From IMG/VR virus record IMGVR_UViG_3300003815_000003: a stretch of DNA of 64,000 nucleotides; one strand, given 5' to 3'. Under the pieces are notes generated by a model. The model had not been told where the DNA came from and ran no database searches. It saw only the letters and a program-made list of their open reading frames with translations. Source of the DNA: an uncultured virus (IMG/VR IMGVR_UViG_3300003815_000003) (lineage: Duplodnaviria > Heunggongvirae > Uroviricota > Caudoviricetes). The first letter of the stretch is position 1. Each line of letters begins with the position of its first letter. Made by a program: the position numbers and the translations under genes. Shown here one piece after another: positions 36,984 through 46,275 of this stretch.

Positions 36984-37301
36984 ATGGCAAAAACACAAAC
37001 AAAACAAAAAACAAACAGTAATCGTCTAACCGTTAATCAAAATGTAGCAGGTGCTGCTCGTCGCCGTCTTCCTGAAATTCAGGATGCAGTAGAAGGTATT
37101 AGCCGTCTTCGTGCAAACCGTTGGCCGGGACAAACCAGTCTATATGACACTAATCGTCTCCAAAGTCTAGTTGAAGACCTTGCATTCTCTGAATCCATTT
37201 CAAAGAGTCGCATTCTCTCACTTCAATCAGAAGTCAAGTCTTTTAGTGCTGTACTTGGTCCTCAACTGACCCGTTCAATGCAAGCAGCAAAGATTATCTA
37301 A
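36984..37301 (+). CDS. basic hypothetical protein, monocistronic
   Basis: Own promoter TTGATT-N17-TATCTT and terminator. Confidence 0.7.
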   Translation: MAKTQTKQKTNSNRLTVNQNVAGAARRRLPEIQDAVEGISRLRANRWPGQTSLYDTNRLQSLVEDLAFSESISKSRILSLQSEVKSFSAVLGPQLTRSMQAAKII

Positions 37302-37324
37302 TAGAGATAATAAAATAAAAATAG

Positions 37325-37360
37325 AAGAAACGCAAGTTAGTTAATAACTTGCGTTTCTTT
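37325..37360 (+). terminator. intrinsic terminator
   Basis: AAGAAACGCAAGTTA-GTTAA-TAACTTGCGTTTCTTT. Confidence 0.8.
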
Positions 37361-37383
37361 GTTTATTGATCTATAGTAAAAGA

Positions 37384-38226
37384 ATGAAAATCGCAATTAT
37401 TGGAGATGGTTATATTGGTCAAGCATTTAAAGACGTTGGAACAATCATTCCTGCTAAACTGCTTGATATTTCTTTTGATCAATTACATTCATATGATGTA
37501 ATAATTAATACACATGAAATACAAGATACTTCTACCTATACATATGATTATATCTGGTGGCAAAATGCTGATCTAGTAAAGCAACTTTCTGTTGAATGTG
37601 AATATTCCGGTAAGAAATTTGTCCAAATTAGCACTGCCGATCTTTATGGTAATTATACGAAATGGGCTAATGATATTGAAACCTCGACTCATTTAGATGT
37701 TGGAACGGATTATCGTTTCACCAAATTAGCCGCAGAAAAGTTTTGTAATCCAAATGATTTGATTCTTCGTATTAGGAATCCATTTGATAATCGGGTACAC
37801 CCCGATAATGCGATTATAAAGGGGTATAAAGCTCCTAGAATGTATGCATGGGCCGATACATGGTCTTATCTTCCCGACGTGGTAAATGCCACTCTAAAGC
37901 TCTTAGAAAGGCAAGAGAGCGGAATTTGGAATATTGTTAATTTTGAATGTTCTAGTTTATTTTATTGTTTGAAAACTGCTATTGGTGTTCCGTTCTTTAA
38001 GAGCATTGATCCTATTAAAGAAGATATGCCTAATTTCCTATTAAAGGAGATGGATAATGAAAGGATTCATAATGATGTAAATGGATCAAAAATTAAACAG
38101 ATTTATGAAATGACACCATTAGATGCTGCCATGATCATTTCTTGGCAAAAAGGTGTTAAAGAAGATTTTGAACAGTATTTTAATGAGAGAAAGTTCTTGC
38201 AAAAGTTAGAAGGGGTGGTAGAATGA
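37384..38226 (+). CDS. NAD-dependent epimerase/dehydratase, RmlD-like SDR
   Basis: IIGDGYIG, ISTADLYG, YRFTK (YxxxK). Confidence 0.75.
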   Translation: MKIAIIGDGYIGQAFKDVGTIIPAKLLDISFDQLHSYDVIINTHEIQDTSTYTYDYIWWQNADLVKQLSVECEYSGKKFVQISTADLYGNYTKWANDIETSTHLDVGTDYRFTKLAAEKFCNPNDLILRIRNPFDNRVHPDNAIIKGYKAPRMYAWADTWSYLPDVVNATLKLLERQESGIWNIVNFECSSLFYCLKTAIGVPFFKSIDPIKEDMPNFLLKEMDNERIHNDVNGSKIKQIYEMTPLDAAMIISWQKGVKEDFEQYFNERKFLQKLEGVVE

Positions 38227-38229
38227 GCC

Positions 38230-38757
38230 ATGAACATTCTACAACGAATTATCAATACGAAACCAAAATCTACAATCAACGATACTGATCCGGTTTTTTC
38301 AGAAGATCAATATCTAGGAAATCCAGTTTATATGTCTTATTTCAATCCTTCCACTGAAAAATTCCTAACAGGAGTTCCCCAAGAACCTATCAATGTTTCT
38401 TTTTCCGATTATTGTAATAAACTATATGAAAAATGGTTGAAATTTGAATATGTAGTTTCAAATGTTTGGGATGCATTAAAATATATGTTTGTTTATCGAA
38501 AGGATATTAAGTGTGCCAAGGAACTTGCAAAGATGCATGAAGAAAAAAAGAAATTGTTTATTTCTCATCAAGTGAAAGCAATGGTTGGACATATTATTGA
38601 TTTTAATACAGAGAATACTTGTTGGAAAGCGGAGGGGAAAGATAAGATTCTTTGTTTCCGAACTTTCCATAATCATCATCATAAACATGATATGATTGTT
38701 AATAGAAATATTTCTCGTCATTGGAATAAAAACGTTGAACAATCAGTAATTTCTTAA
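38230..38757 (+). CDS. hypothetical protein
   Basis: ORF in operon. Confidence 0.65.
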   Translation: MNILQRIINTKPKSTINDTDPVFSEDQYLGNPVYMSYFNPSTEKFLTGVPQEPINVSFSDYCNKLYEKWLKFEYVVSNVWDALKYMFVYRKDIKCAKELAKMHEEKKKLFISHQVKAMVGHIIDFNTENTCWKAEGKDKILCFRTFHNHHHKHDMIVNRNISRHWNKNVEQSVIS

Positions 38758-38761
38758 TTTT

Positions 38762-39160
38762 ATGAGTATTATATGCGCAGTTATAGTTACTACAATATTA
38801 TTGGTATTGTTTTTCCTAGCAGTTTGTTTCGATGATACGTGTGACGAGGCTTTAATAGGAATATCATTGTCAATTTTATTTCTTTGGGTAATACTAGGAG
38901 GAATCGTAGCTAGTGTAGGAGATTGTCCCGATTACCCTCATACTTTTCAACAAGTAAAAGTACAACATGTAGTGGATATTCCTAATAAAGAATTTGTACT
39001 TTGTTTGGAAAATGGTCAAGTTGTTTCATTTAAACAGTTTTCTGATATGCCATTTCATGATGTGAAATTTGTTATCTATGAAACATGGTATAATACATGG
39101 CACTTTCCAGTTAATACCTTTATCAATATTTCTAAAACTTTAGAAGAAAATAAGAAATGA
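38762..39160 (+). CDS. membrane protein
   Basis: Two N-terminal hydrophobic helices. Confidence 0.65.
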   Translation: MSIICAVIVTTILLVLFFLAVCFDDTCDEALIGISLSILFLWVILGGIVASVGDCPDYPHTFQQVKVQHVVDIPNKEFVLCLENGQVVSFKQFSDMPFHDVKFVIYETWYNTWHFPVNTFINISKTLEENKK

Positions 39161-39768
39161 ATATCTTAGACTTCAAACATAGTTTCATTTATTTGTCAGG
39201 CGCAATGTCCGGTTTGCCTGAATATAATTATCCTGCCTTTCAGGCCATGGAGGAAAGATTAATCCAACAAGGATTAACCTTTATCCTTAATCCTGCTAAA
39301 ATTGCTAATGGTGATACTACTAAATCTTATGGTTTTTATATTCGGGAATCATTGAAAATGGTGGCAGAAGCAGAAGCAATGATTATGTTAAATGGCTGGG
39401 AAAAAAGTAAAGGTGCTAATCTTGAATATCAAGCAGCAAGAGCAATGGGTATTCCTATCTTTAATTCAGATTTTGAATTGATTCCTGAAACCTTAACAAC
39501 TCAAGATGAAGACATATTAGTTAAGGCTAATGAATTGATTCACGGAGAAAGACAAAAATCTTATGGTTCTCCCAAGAGTAATTTTACAAAGATTGGAAGG
39601 ATTTGGGGAGCAATCAATGATATTCCTGATATTGAACCGGAAAAAGTAGCATTAATGATGGCAGGATTAAAGATTGCCAGAGAATCACATGCTCATACCC
39701 AAGATAATTTAGTTGACGGCGCAGCATACTTTGCTACTATTCCAATGATTAAAAAAGATTTACCTTAA
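39157..39768 (+). CDS. DUF4406 (nucleoside deoxyribosyltransferase-like) fused to DUF6378-like domain
   Basis: IYLSGAMSG..YNYPAF..LNPA..GWEKSKGANLE; then R...YG.P..NF..I...W..VALMM..LKIAR..DNLVDGAAY. Confidence 0.75.
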   Translation: MNILDFKHSFIYLSGAMSGLPEYNYPAFQAMEERLIQQGLTFILNPAKIANGDTTKSYGFYIRESLKMVAEAEAMIMLNGWEKSKGANLEYQAARAMGIPIFNSDFELIPETLTTQDEDILVKANELIHGERQKSYGSPKSNFTKIGRIWGAINDIPDIEPEKVALMMAGLKIARESHAHTQDNLVDGAAYFATIPMIKKDLP

Positions 39769-39780
39769 CCTGTTATAAAA

Positions 39781-40980
39781 ATGAGACTTACTGAACGACA
39801 AAAGAATGATATTATTCATAGTATCAATACTAAATTTCTTAAACGAGAAATTAATAGTTCTGATGCATTAAATCAATTAAAAGATAATTTTCCTCGGACA
39901 AAATTCGTTCTTTGCACTGATACAGGAAAGTTTCATCGACAATTAGATGCAACATTATCCCTTCCTTCTGGAAATTGGTATGCCTCAAGAAGAAACTTTC
40001 ATTATGTTCGTTTTAAAACAACAATATCTAGTTTTTGTCATGCAGATGATGTCAAGACAATAGGCTTTCTTTGTGATTATACTTTTCAATATTTTAATAA
40101 TCAGGAATATACCCAAGTAAAATGTGAAGGAGATTTGGTATGTAAAGATTATTGTGTAGATAATGATATTATTGAATTAGTTGACGGCGAATGGTTTTAT
40201 AAAATAGAAGATAGTGGTATTGATGATACGGGCAGGGCAGATTATCATTCTACTCGTCGTTTAAATAAAAACCAAAAAGGAATGGGAGTCGAATTGGAAA
40301 TCTTCTGCGAAGGAGAAATGTATGATTTCTGTGCTATTGCTCGAAAGAACAATATTCTTACAGAATATGATGGTTCTCTTGACGATATTTATGGTGTTGA
40401 ACTAATTGGTAAAGTTCTTACTTTTGATGATTATCAGAAGATGAAAGATTGGGGAAAGGTGTTCGAAGTATTTCCTGAATATAAATGTATCGGGCATGAT
40501 GCCGGAACAAAATACGGAATGCATGTTTCTCTATCCTTATCTTTATTCTCTGAATTAGAACTATCCAAGTTTGTGTTGTTCATGAACTCTTGTTCTAAAC
40601 TATGTAAAGTAGTGGCACAAAGACAAACCTTTTATAAGGGCAAATATGGTGTTCATGACAAACATAAAAAGTTTAAGAAAACACAAACGGGAAAATATGA
40701 AGCAGTACGAGTAGATGATGTAAGAGCAGAAGTTCGTATCTTTCGTTCTACTGTTCGGAAAGACAGGTTCCTTAAGAATATCGAGTTTTGTGAAGCAGTT
40801 CGCCAAGCAACAAAAGAAATGACTGCTCAAGAAGTCCTTAAAGAAACTTCTGCAACAGATTTGTTCCTTCTATTTGTTAATAAACATCGTAAAACTTATC
40901 CTAATCTTTATACTTTCTTAGTAGAAGAAAAATTACTAATGAAACGGATTATTCCTAAAGAATATATTACTAACGAATAA
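39781..40980 (+). CDS. putative amidoligase (COOH-NH2 ligase, glutamine-synthetase-like fold)
   Basis: GVELE, DGSL, GVEL, GMHVS, KYEAV, EVRIFRS. Confidence 0.78.
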   Translation: MRLTERQKNDIIHSINTKFLKREINSSDALNQLKDNFPRTKFVLCTDTGKFHRQLDATLSLPSGNWYASRRNFHYVRFKTTISSFCHADDVKTIGFLCDYTFQYFNNQEYTQVKCEGDLVCKDYCVDNDIIELVDGEWFYKIEDSGIDDTGRADYHSTRRLNKNQKGMGVELEIFCEGEMYDFCAIARKNNILTEYDGSLDDIYGVELIGKVLTFDDYQKMKDWGKVFEVFPEYKCIGHDAGTKYGMHVSLSLSLFSELELSKFVLFMNSCSKLCKVVAQRQTFYKGKYGVHDKHKKFKKTQTGKYEAVRVDDVRAEVRIFRSTVRKDRFLKNIEFCEAVRQATKEMTAQEVLKETSATDLFLLFVNKHRKTYPNLYTFLVEEKLLMKRIIPKEYITNE

Positions 40981-40984
40981 AAAT

Positions 40985-41689
40985 ATGAATATCGAAACAA
41001 TGTTTCCTATTAAATGCCCGAGAAACGGTATTGATTTTTATAATTGGCTTAAATCCCATCCAGAAAATAATATAGCATATACTGATTGTGATGACGGTGG
41101 TTGTGCATTCATTGAAAGTATGTTATCTGCTCATATTTGGAGCTATCGTTCATATTTTCATAATTGGTGCTTGAATCTTCGTAAACGTTTTAATGACAAA
41201 AAAATTAAAGACGAATGGTATGGCGATATGGATTTGGTTATTAAATTGATCCATCAAACCGATGATAAAACAGTTTTTCATTTAAAAGATAATTCTTCTT
41301 ATGCAGATATTAATAATTGGATCATCATTCATGATTTTTCGGATACTTATTATTCAGTACATATTCGACAATTACATGAAAAAGGGGATTACCCAAAAAG
41401 TGCATATCCCAAAAAATTAAATAAGAAATTTTGGAAAGATAGAAATTATATTTGTGATTATGTTGAGAAATATCACATGACAAAGTTGGGAAGTGTATAT
41501 GGTGATATTCGTGATATAGGTTATGTAGTTTCTTATAAAGATGTATGGCTTGCTGAATCACGTTTTCCATCATTTGATGGTGATTATTGGCAGCGATATT
41601 ATTTCTATAGCCAATTTAAAGAAATTTGCTTTAAGTTACATATTATTGAATCTCAAATAAACGAAGAATCAGAAGATAAGAAGGAATAA
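40985..41689 (+). CDS. hypothetical protein
   Basis: 234-aa ORF. Confidence 0.7.
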   Translation: MNIETMFPIKCPRNGIDFYNWLKSHPENNIAYTDCDDGGCAFIESMLSAHIWSYRSYFHNWCLNLRKRFNDKKIKDEWYGDMDLVIKLIHQTDDKTVFHLKDNSSYADINNWIIIHDFSDTYYSVHIRQLHEKGDYPKSAYPKKLNKKFWKDRNYICDYVEKYHMTKLGSVYGDIRDIGYVVSYKDVWLAESRFPSFDGDYWQRYYFYSQFKEICFKLHIIESQINEESEDKKE

Positions 41690-41694
41690 AAAAT

Positions 41695-41904
41695 ATGTGG
41701 ATAAATGGTAAACAATGGTTTCCGGCAAAATACCTAAATGATAGATATTTTGTTCAAGGACAAGAAGGAAGATTACATAAATTAGTTCATAGTTCTAATT
41801 TTGGTTTATTCGTTCCTTATGATAATAAAGTGAAAAGTTCGGGATTTATTGGATATTTGTTTCCCTTGAATTGGTTTGAAGTAGTAATTGACAATAACGA
41901 ATAA
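41695..41904 (+). CDS. hypothetical protein
   Basis: ORF in operon. Confidence 0.55.
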   Translation: MWINGKQWFPAKYLNDRYFVQGQEGRLHKLVHSSNFGLFVPYDNKVKSSGFIGYLFPLNWFEVVIDNNE

Positions 41905-41920
41905 AAGGTTACTATGAGGT

Positions 41921-42769
41921 ATGAGATTTAGAACCGTTCCCGAATCAAATTATCGATCAATCTTTACCAAAGATGGTAAAACATTAAGGTATAAATTAGA
42001 TAAAAGTAAACCTTTTGGCCATCTTAAGAATCCTGACCTAGAAGATATTTCTATAAATTCACGCTGCTATGGCCGTTGCCCGGAATGCTATACTTCTGCT
42101 CTGTCCACAGGTAGTAATTTTCCTAATATTGTTGAACGATTCCGAAATTTCTTTGAACCATTGGAGGAGCATAGACCTTATCAAGTAGCAATTGGAGGAG
42201 CAGGAGAACCAACATTACACCCTGATTTTTGTGAAGTATTAAAGACTTCTAGAGAATTAGATATTATGCCTAACTATACTACTAATGGCATGCATTTAAG
42301 TGATAAGATTTTATATGCAACTAAAGAGTATTGTGGTGGAGTTGCCGTATCTACTCATAAACATCTTAAATGGGGAAAAGCAGTAGAGAAATTATTGAAT
42401 AAGAAAATTAGAACTAATCTTCATGTTATTGTCGGAGAAGAAGGTAGTTTTGATTATATGAAAGCATGTTGGGAAACTTTTCCTGAAGTTGAAACGGTTG
42501 TTATTCTACCTTATCAAGCACAAGGACGAGGAAAAGCTATTGATGAGAAAATAAAGGTTGAAGAATGGCAAAAGTGTGCTAAATTGGTTCAAGAGCATAA
42601 AGGCTTTAAATTTGCATTTGGTGCATTATTTTATCCGTTTATGTTAGAACATCCAGAATTGTTTCCTGATGTTAAAGTTTATGAACCGGAAGTTTTTTCT
42701 GGTTATGTTATGTTTGATGAAGAGAAACCGTTTGTAAGAAAATCTAGTTATAATTTAGAACCGAAATGA
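41921..42769 (+). CDS. radical SAM protein
   Basis: CYGRCPECY (CxxxCxxC), GGAGEPTLHPDF, YTTNG. Confidence 0.92.
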   Translation: MRFRTVPESNYRSIFTKDGKTLRYKLDKSKPFGHLKNPDLEDISINSRCYGRCPECYTSALSTGSNFPNIVERFRNFFEPLEEHRPYQVAIGGAGEPTLHPDFCEVLKTSRELDIMPNYTTNGMHLSDKILYATKEYCGGVAVSTHKHLKWGKAVEKLLNKKIRTNLHVIVGEEGSFDYMKACWETFPEVETVVILPYQAQGRGKAIDEKIKVEEWQKCAKLVQEHKGFKFAFGALFYPFMLEHPELFPDVKVYEPEVFSGYVMFDEEKPFVRKSSYNLEPK

Positions 42770-43173
42770 AAAAAGGTGATCCATCTAATCCAAAAGTAGG
42801 CGATAGTTTTTACTATATCCCCGTTGGAGCATTATTTATTATTCCGATTACTATTGAAGAAGTTTATACTCAAGATGGGTGGGATATTGAATGTTATTGG
42901 ATTGATGAGCCTGTTGGGCATGCATTGTATGAAGCATGGGAATGGTATAAAACCTTAGCAGGAGCAAAAAGCGGCTTAAGAGCCAAGAAACGCGAAATCA
43001 AAAAACTATTACCTGATAATATTATCAACGATAAGGTTCATGGCTATTCGTTAACATTGGATATTTGGAGAAATCCCAAAATTGAATTTTTCAGAAAACA
43101 ACACGAAATATATAAACAAGAAGGAGAGGAAGAATTCTCTCTACAATACAAAGAAAAGCCTTTTTACACCTAA
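42766..43173 (+). CDS. hypothetical protein
   Basis: ATGA-coupled ORF. Confidence 0.6.
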   Translation: MKKGDPSNPKVGDSFYYIPVGALFIIPITIEEVYTQDGWDIECYWIDEPVGHALYEAWEWYKTLAGAKSGLRAKKREIKKLLPDNIINDKVHGYSLTLDIWRNPKIEFFRKQHEIYKQEGEEEFSLQYKEKPFYT

Positions 43174-43174
43174 T

Positions 43175-43780
43175 ATGAAAACTATTTTTATTCCCCAAAT
43201 CCCTGAAAGCATTACTGATATTACTACTAATAGTAGTTCTGAAATCTTTGTCATTGGTAAAGATAAAGAAATTGAATTAGTTGATGGTTTGATTGATGAA
43301 AAGAAATGGCGTTGGTGGTTTGGTGAAAAGAAACGATTTAACAACGTAGATGATGTTAAACATTTGATGAAGCAATATCCACATGCAATTGAAAGTTTAT
43401 TTGGATTAACTGGTATTCCTGATGATAATCCACATTCAAGGTGTTATATCAGCGATAGCGGAGAACTGGTTGAAGAACCTTCTAGGATGTCCCCGGCATT
43501 GCGCGCATTAAAGAATGCAAACGAAAAGATTGCTCAAGACTTCTTTAGAAATAGAGGTAAACGCGGTGATCCTTCTTGGGATGAAGCACATAAGAAATAT
43601 ATGGATTCTTATGACGCAGAACGAGATTTTCTTAATCAAGAAATTGATGAATGGATGAATACCCAAAATCTAGAACAATTTGTTGGTGCATTTTATTATG
43701 AATGCGGAGAAGACAATGAATTATCTGATTGGGAAGAAGTACATAACACTATTCCTGGAAATTTTTGTCGATTGAGTTAA
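43175..43780 (+). CDS. hypothetical protein with N-terminal TNSSS motif (start ATG 43175)
   Basis: MKTIF...ITDITTNSSSEIFVI. Confidence 0.65.
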   Translation: MKTIFIPQIPESITDITTNSSSEIFVIGKDKEIELVDGLIDEKKWRWWFGEKKRFNNVDDVKHLMKQYPHAIESLFGLTGIPDDNPHSRCYISDSGELVEEPSRMSPALRALKNANEKIAQDFFRNRGKRGDPSWDEAHKKYMDSYDAERDFLNQEIDEWMNTQNLEQFVGAFYYECGEDNELSDWEEVHNTIPGNFCRLS

Positions 43781-43796
43781 TTCATAAATAGGTAAA

Positions 43797-44780
43797 ATGG
43801 ATGATCAATATCTTTTACCTAAATTCAAATTCCATGCAGAAGGAGATATTCAAACTCTTTCCGAAATTTATCCATCCCAAATAAGAAGATATAATATTCC
43901 TAAAATTTGGGCGACAACACAAGGTAAAGGTGTAACTATTGCTGTTCTTGATTCGGGTATTCAATTACATGATGATCTAATTAAGAATATTGATGTTGGT
44001 AAATGTAGATCATTCATTGATGGAGAAGACATTTTTGATAGAGATATTTTCCATGGTACTCATGTAAGTGGAATATTAGCCGCTTGTCTAAACAACTATG
44101 GCGTTGTAGGCGTTGCTCCTCAATCTACTATTGTTTCTATCAAAGTTCTAAATAAGAATGGATTTTCACAGAATAACAGTGTTTTGAAGGGATTAGAATA
44201 TTGTTTAAGTTTAAAGCCTGATATTATTAATATTTCATTAGGTGGTTCTGCTCCCATGCCGGAAATTCAACCTATTCTTAAACAATTAATTAAACAGAAT
44301 ATTGTGGTTGTTTGTAGTGCCGGAAATAATGGTGAGACAGATAAGCCTGATGTAGTCTATCCTGCTCAATATGACGAGTGTATAGCGGTTGGTTCTTGTT
44401 CAGATAGTCTGATGCAAGATAGATCATTGTTTTCGTCTTGGGGCGAGACTATTGATTTCCTTGCTCCTGGGGAGAATATTTTATCGACTTATAGAGATAA
44501 TGGTTATGGTGTCTTAAGTGGTAGCTCGCAGTCTGCTCCTTTCCTTTCCGGTTTAATTGCATTAATTATTTCTTATTATAAGAAACAAAATAGAATTATA
44601 TCAGTTCAAGATATTAGACAATTATTAGTTCAAACTGCTGATGATATTGGAGAGAAAGGGTTTGACAAACAGAGTGGTAATGGTATAGTGAATCCTATCA
44701 AAGTTTTCTCTAAAATTGATACGAAAGATTTTTCAATCAAAGAGAGCTTTTGGCAAAAAATTAAAAACATATTTAAATGA
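43797..44780 (+). CDS. subtilisin-like S8 serine peptidase
   Basis: IAVLDSG, HGTHVSG, SAGN, SGSSQSAPF catalytic triad motifs; TAAATA box upstream. Confidence 0.92.
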   Translation: MDDQYLLPKFKFHAEGDIQTLSEIYPSQIRRYNIPKIWATTQGKGVTIAVLDSGIQLHDDLIKNIDVGKCRSFIDGEDIFDRDIFHGTHVSGILAACLNNYGVVGVAPQSTIVSIKVLNKNGFSQNNSVLKGLEYCLSLKPDIINISLGGSAPMPEIQPILKQLIKQNIVVVCSAGNNGETDKPDVVYPAQYDECIAVGSCSDSLMQDRSLFSSWGETIDFLAPGENILSTYRDNGYGVLSGSSQSAPFLSGLIALIISYYKKQNRIISVQDIRQLLVQTADDIGEKGFDKQSGNGIVNPIKVFSKIDTKDFSIKESFWQKIKNIFK

Positions 44781-45028
44781 AAAAGTCAAAACCGAGAAAA
44801 CCTTTTGATTCCAAGGGTATTGATATTTTAGCAATCGGAACCTTTGTCCAAACCAAACAAGGGCAAAGAGGAATCATTACTGATTCGCCTGATCAATATG
44901 GACAATATGAAGTGTATTATCGTTATGGACGCGGTAGTCACACTCTTCGTATCAGAGAAGATATGCGTCCTATTACCAGAGAAGAATTTTTCACTTATCA
45001 TAAAAACACGGTAATACTGGATTATTAA
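44777..45028 (+). CDS. hypothetical protein
   Basis: ATGA-coupled ORF. Confidence 0.6.
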   Translation: MKKSKPRKPFDSKGIDILAIGTFVQTKQGQRGIITDSPDQYGQYEVYYRYGRGSHTLRIREDMRPITREEFFTYHKNTVILDY

Positions 45029-45046
45029 TGTCAATATCATAATATT

Positions 45047-45325
45047 ATGAATAATTTAAAAGAAATTGAAGAAAAGAAAGAGGATTATTATACTCTAGGG
45101 GATTCTTGTTTTTATATTGTCCTTAGTTTTGCTATAATCGGAATGGTTTTTATTATTTTAGATTTAGCTCTTTTAGGATATAGTTTTCTATTATTGGAAC
45201 TATTAGTAGTTGGCATTCAAGCCTTTGCTTTTTATCAGACTCAAGTTTGTCGAAACAAATATTGGGATTTGTATAATAAAATTGAAGATGAGAAGCGTTC
45301 ATTGAAATATTGTGAAGGAAAATGA
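45047..45325 (+). CDS. membrane protein
   Basis: Two hydrophobic helices. Confidence 0.6.
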   Translation: MNNLKEIEEKKEDYYTLGDSCFYIVLSFAIIGMVFIILDLALLGYSFLLLELLVVGIQAFAFYQTQVCRNKYWDLYNKIEDEKRSLKYCEGK

Positions 45326-45687
45326 AAATTCTTAAATTAAAAGAAGAAGTTTACAATTCTGGATCATTTAAGCAGTATTGTACGGTTGAATGGGATGAAT
45401 CATGTAAATCTATTTTAGAACCTTCTGAGGTAAAAGGAAGATATAAAAAAGCAATATGTGGGTGTTGTGAATGTAATTATGCTCAACAACCTTCTCAAAA
45501 CGTTGCTATCCGAGATAACGGTTATTGTGATTTTTGTGCATTGTATCATTTGGGTAAAATACGATATATCGTTAAATTACGAGAAGCAACGGTTGAAGAA
45601 ATTGAACAAGAATATAACAAACACCCAAACTCTTCTTCTAAAGAAGTTGGGATTTTGTTAAGAAAAATTAAAGAATTGACTAAATGA
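45322..45687 (+). CDS. hypothetical protein
   Basis: ATGA-coupled ORF. Confidence 0.6.
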   Translation: MKILKLKEEVYNSGSFKQYCTVEWDESCKSILEPSEVKGRYKKAICGCCECNYAQQPSQNVAIRDNGYCDFCALYHLGKIRYIVKLREATVEEIEQEYNKHPNSSSKEVGILLRKIKELTK

Positions 45688-46226
45688 AAAAATACGTTAA
45701 ATTTACAGGTAATTTCCGAGACTTAAAACCTAATGGATGGAGGTTTTGGAAAGCATCTGCACGAAACCATCGTGTTTATACAAAAGAATGTGACGGCGAA
45801 TATTCACAGAGTTGTTCTATTTGGCAGCATCTAGGTGGATATATGGAAATTGAAGATTATTATTCTAATTCTTATATTCTTGTAGAAAAAATTGCTAAAG
45901 GCGAAATTGATGAGTGGATTACCGATCAATCATGTATCTTTACTAAAAAACCGGAGAAAATTTGTTGGGTATATTATGATTTACAAGAAAAAACGTTTCA
46001 TCCATATCACTCAGAAGAATATCGTAATATTAGGAATTCTAAATGGGATAAGTGGAAAGAATTAGAAGAGAAGAAAATATCAGATGAAGATTATGATAAA
46101 TGGAATCGTGCTTTCCATGAACGCTATCGGGATCGTGATTTCGATTTAGAGCTATTTGATATGATCAAAGATTTGGTTGATAAAGGATGGATTGAAGTAG
46201 CAGAGGACAATCGTAAACGTAGATAA
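45684..46226 (+). CDS. hypothetical protein
   Basis: ATGA-coupled ORF. Confidence 0.65.
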   Translation: MKKYVKFTGNFRDLKPNGWRFWKASARNHRVYTKECDGEYSQSCSIWQHLGGYMEIEDYYSNSYILVEKIAKGEIDEWITDQSCIFTKKPEKICWVYYDLQEKTFHPYHSEEYRNIRNSKWDKWKELEEKKISDEDYDKWNRAFHERYRDRDFDLELFDMIKDLVDKGWIEVAEDNRKRR

Positions 46227-46275
46227 TTAATATTATGGATTATTTATTCTTATTCAGGAAAGAGATAATAAATTT

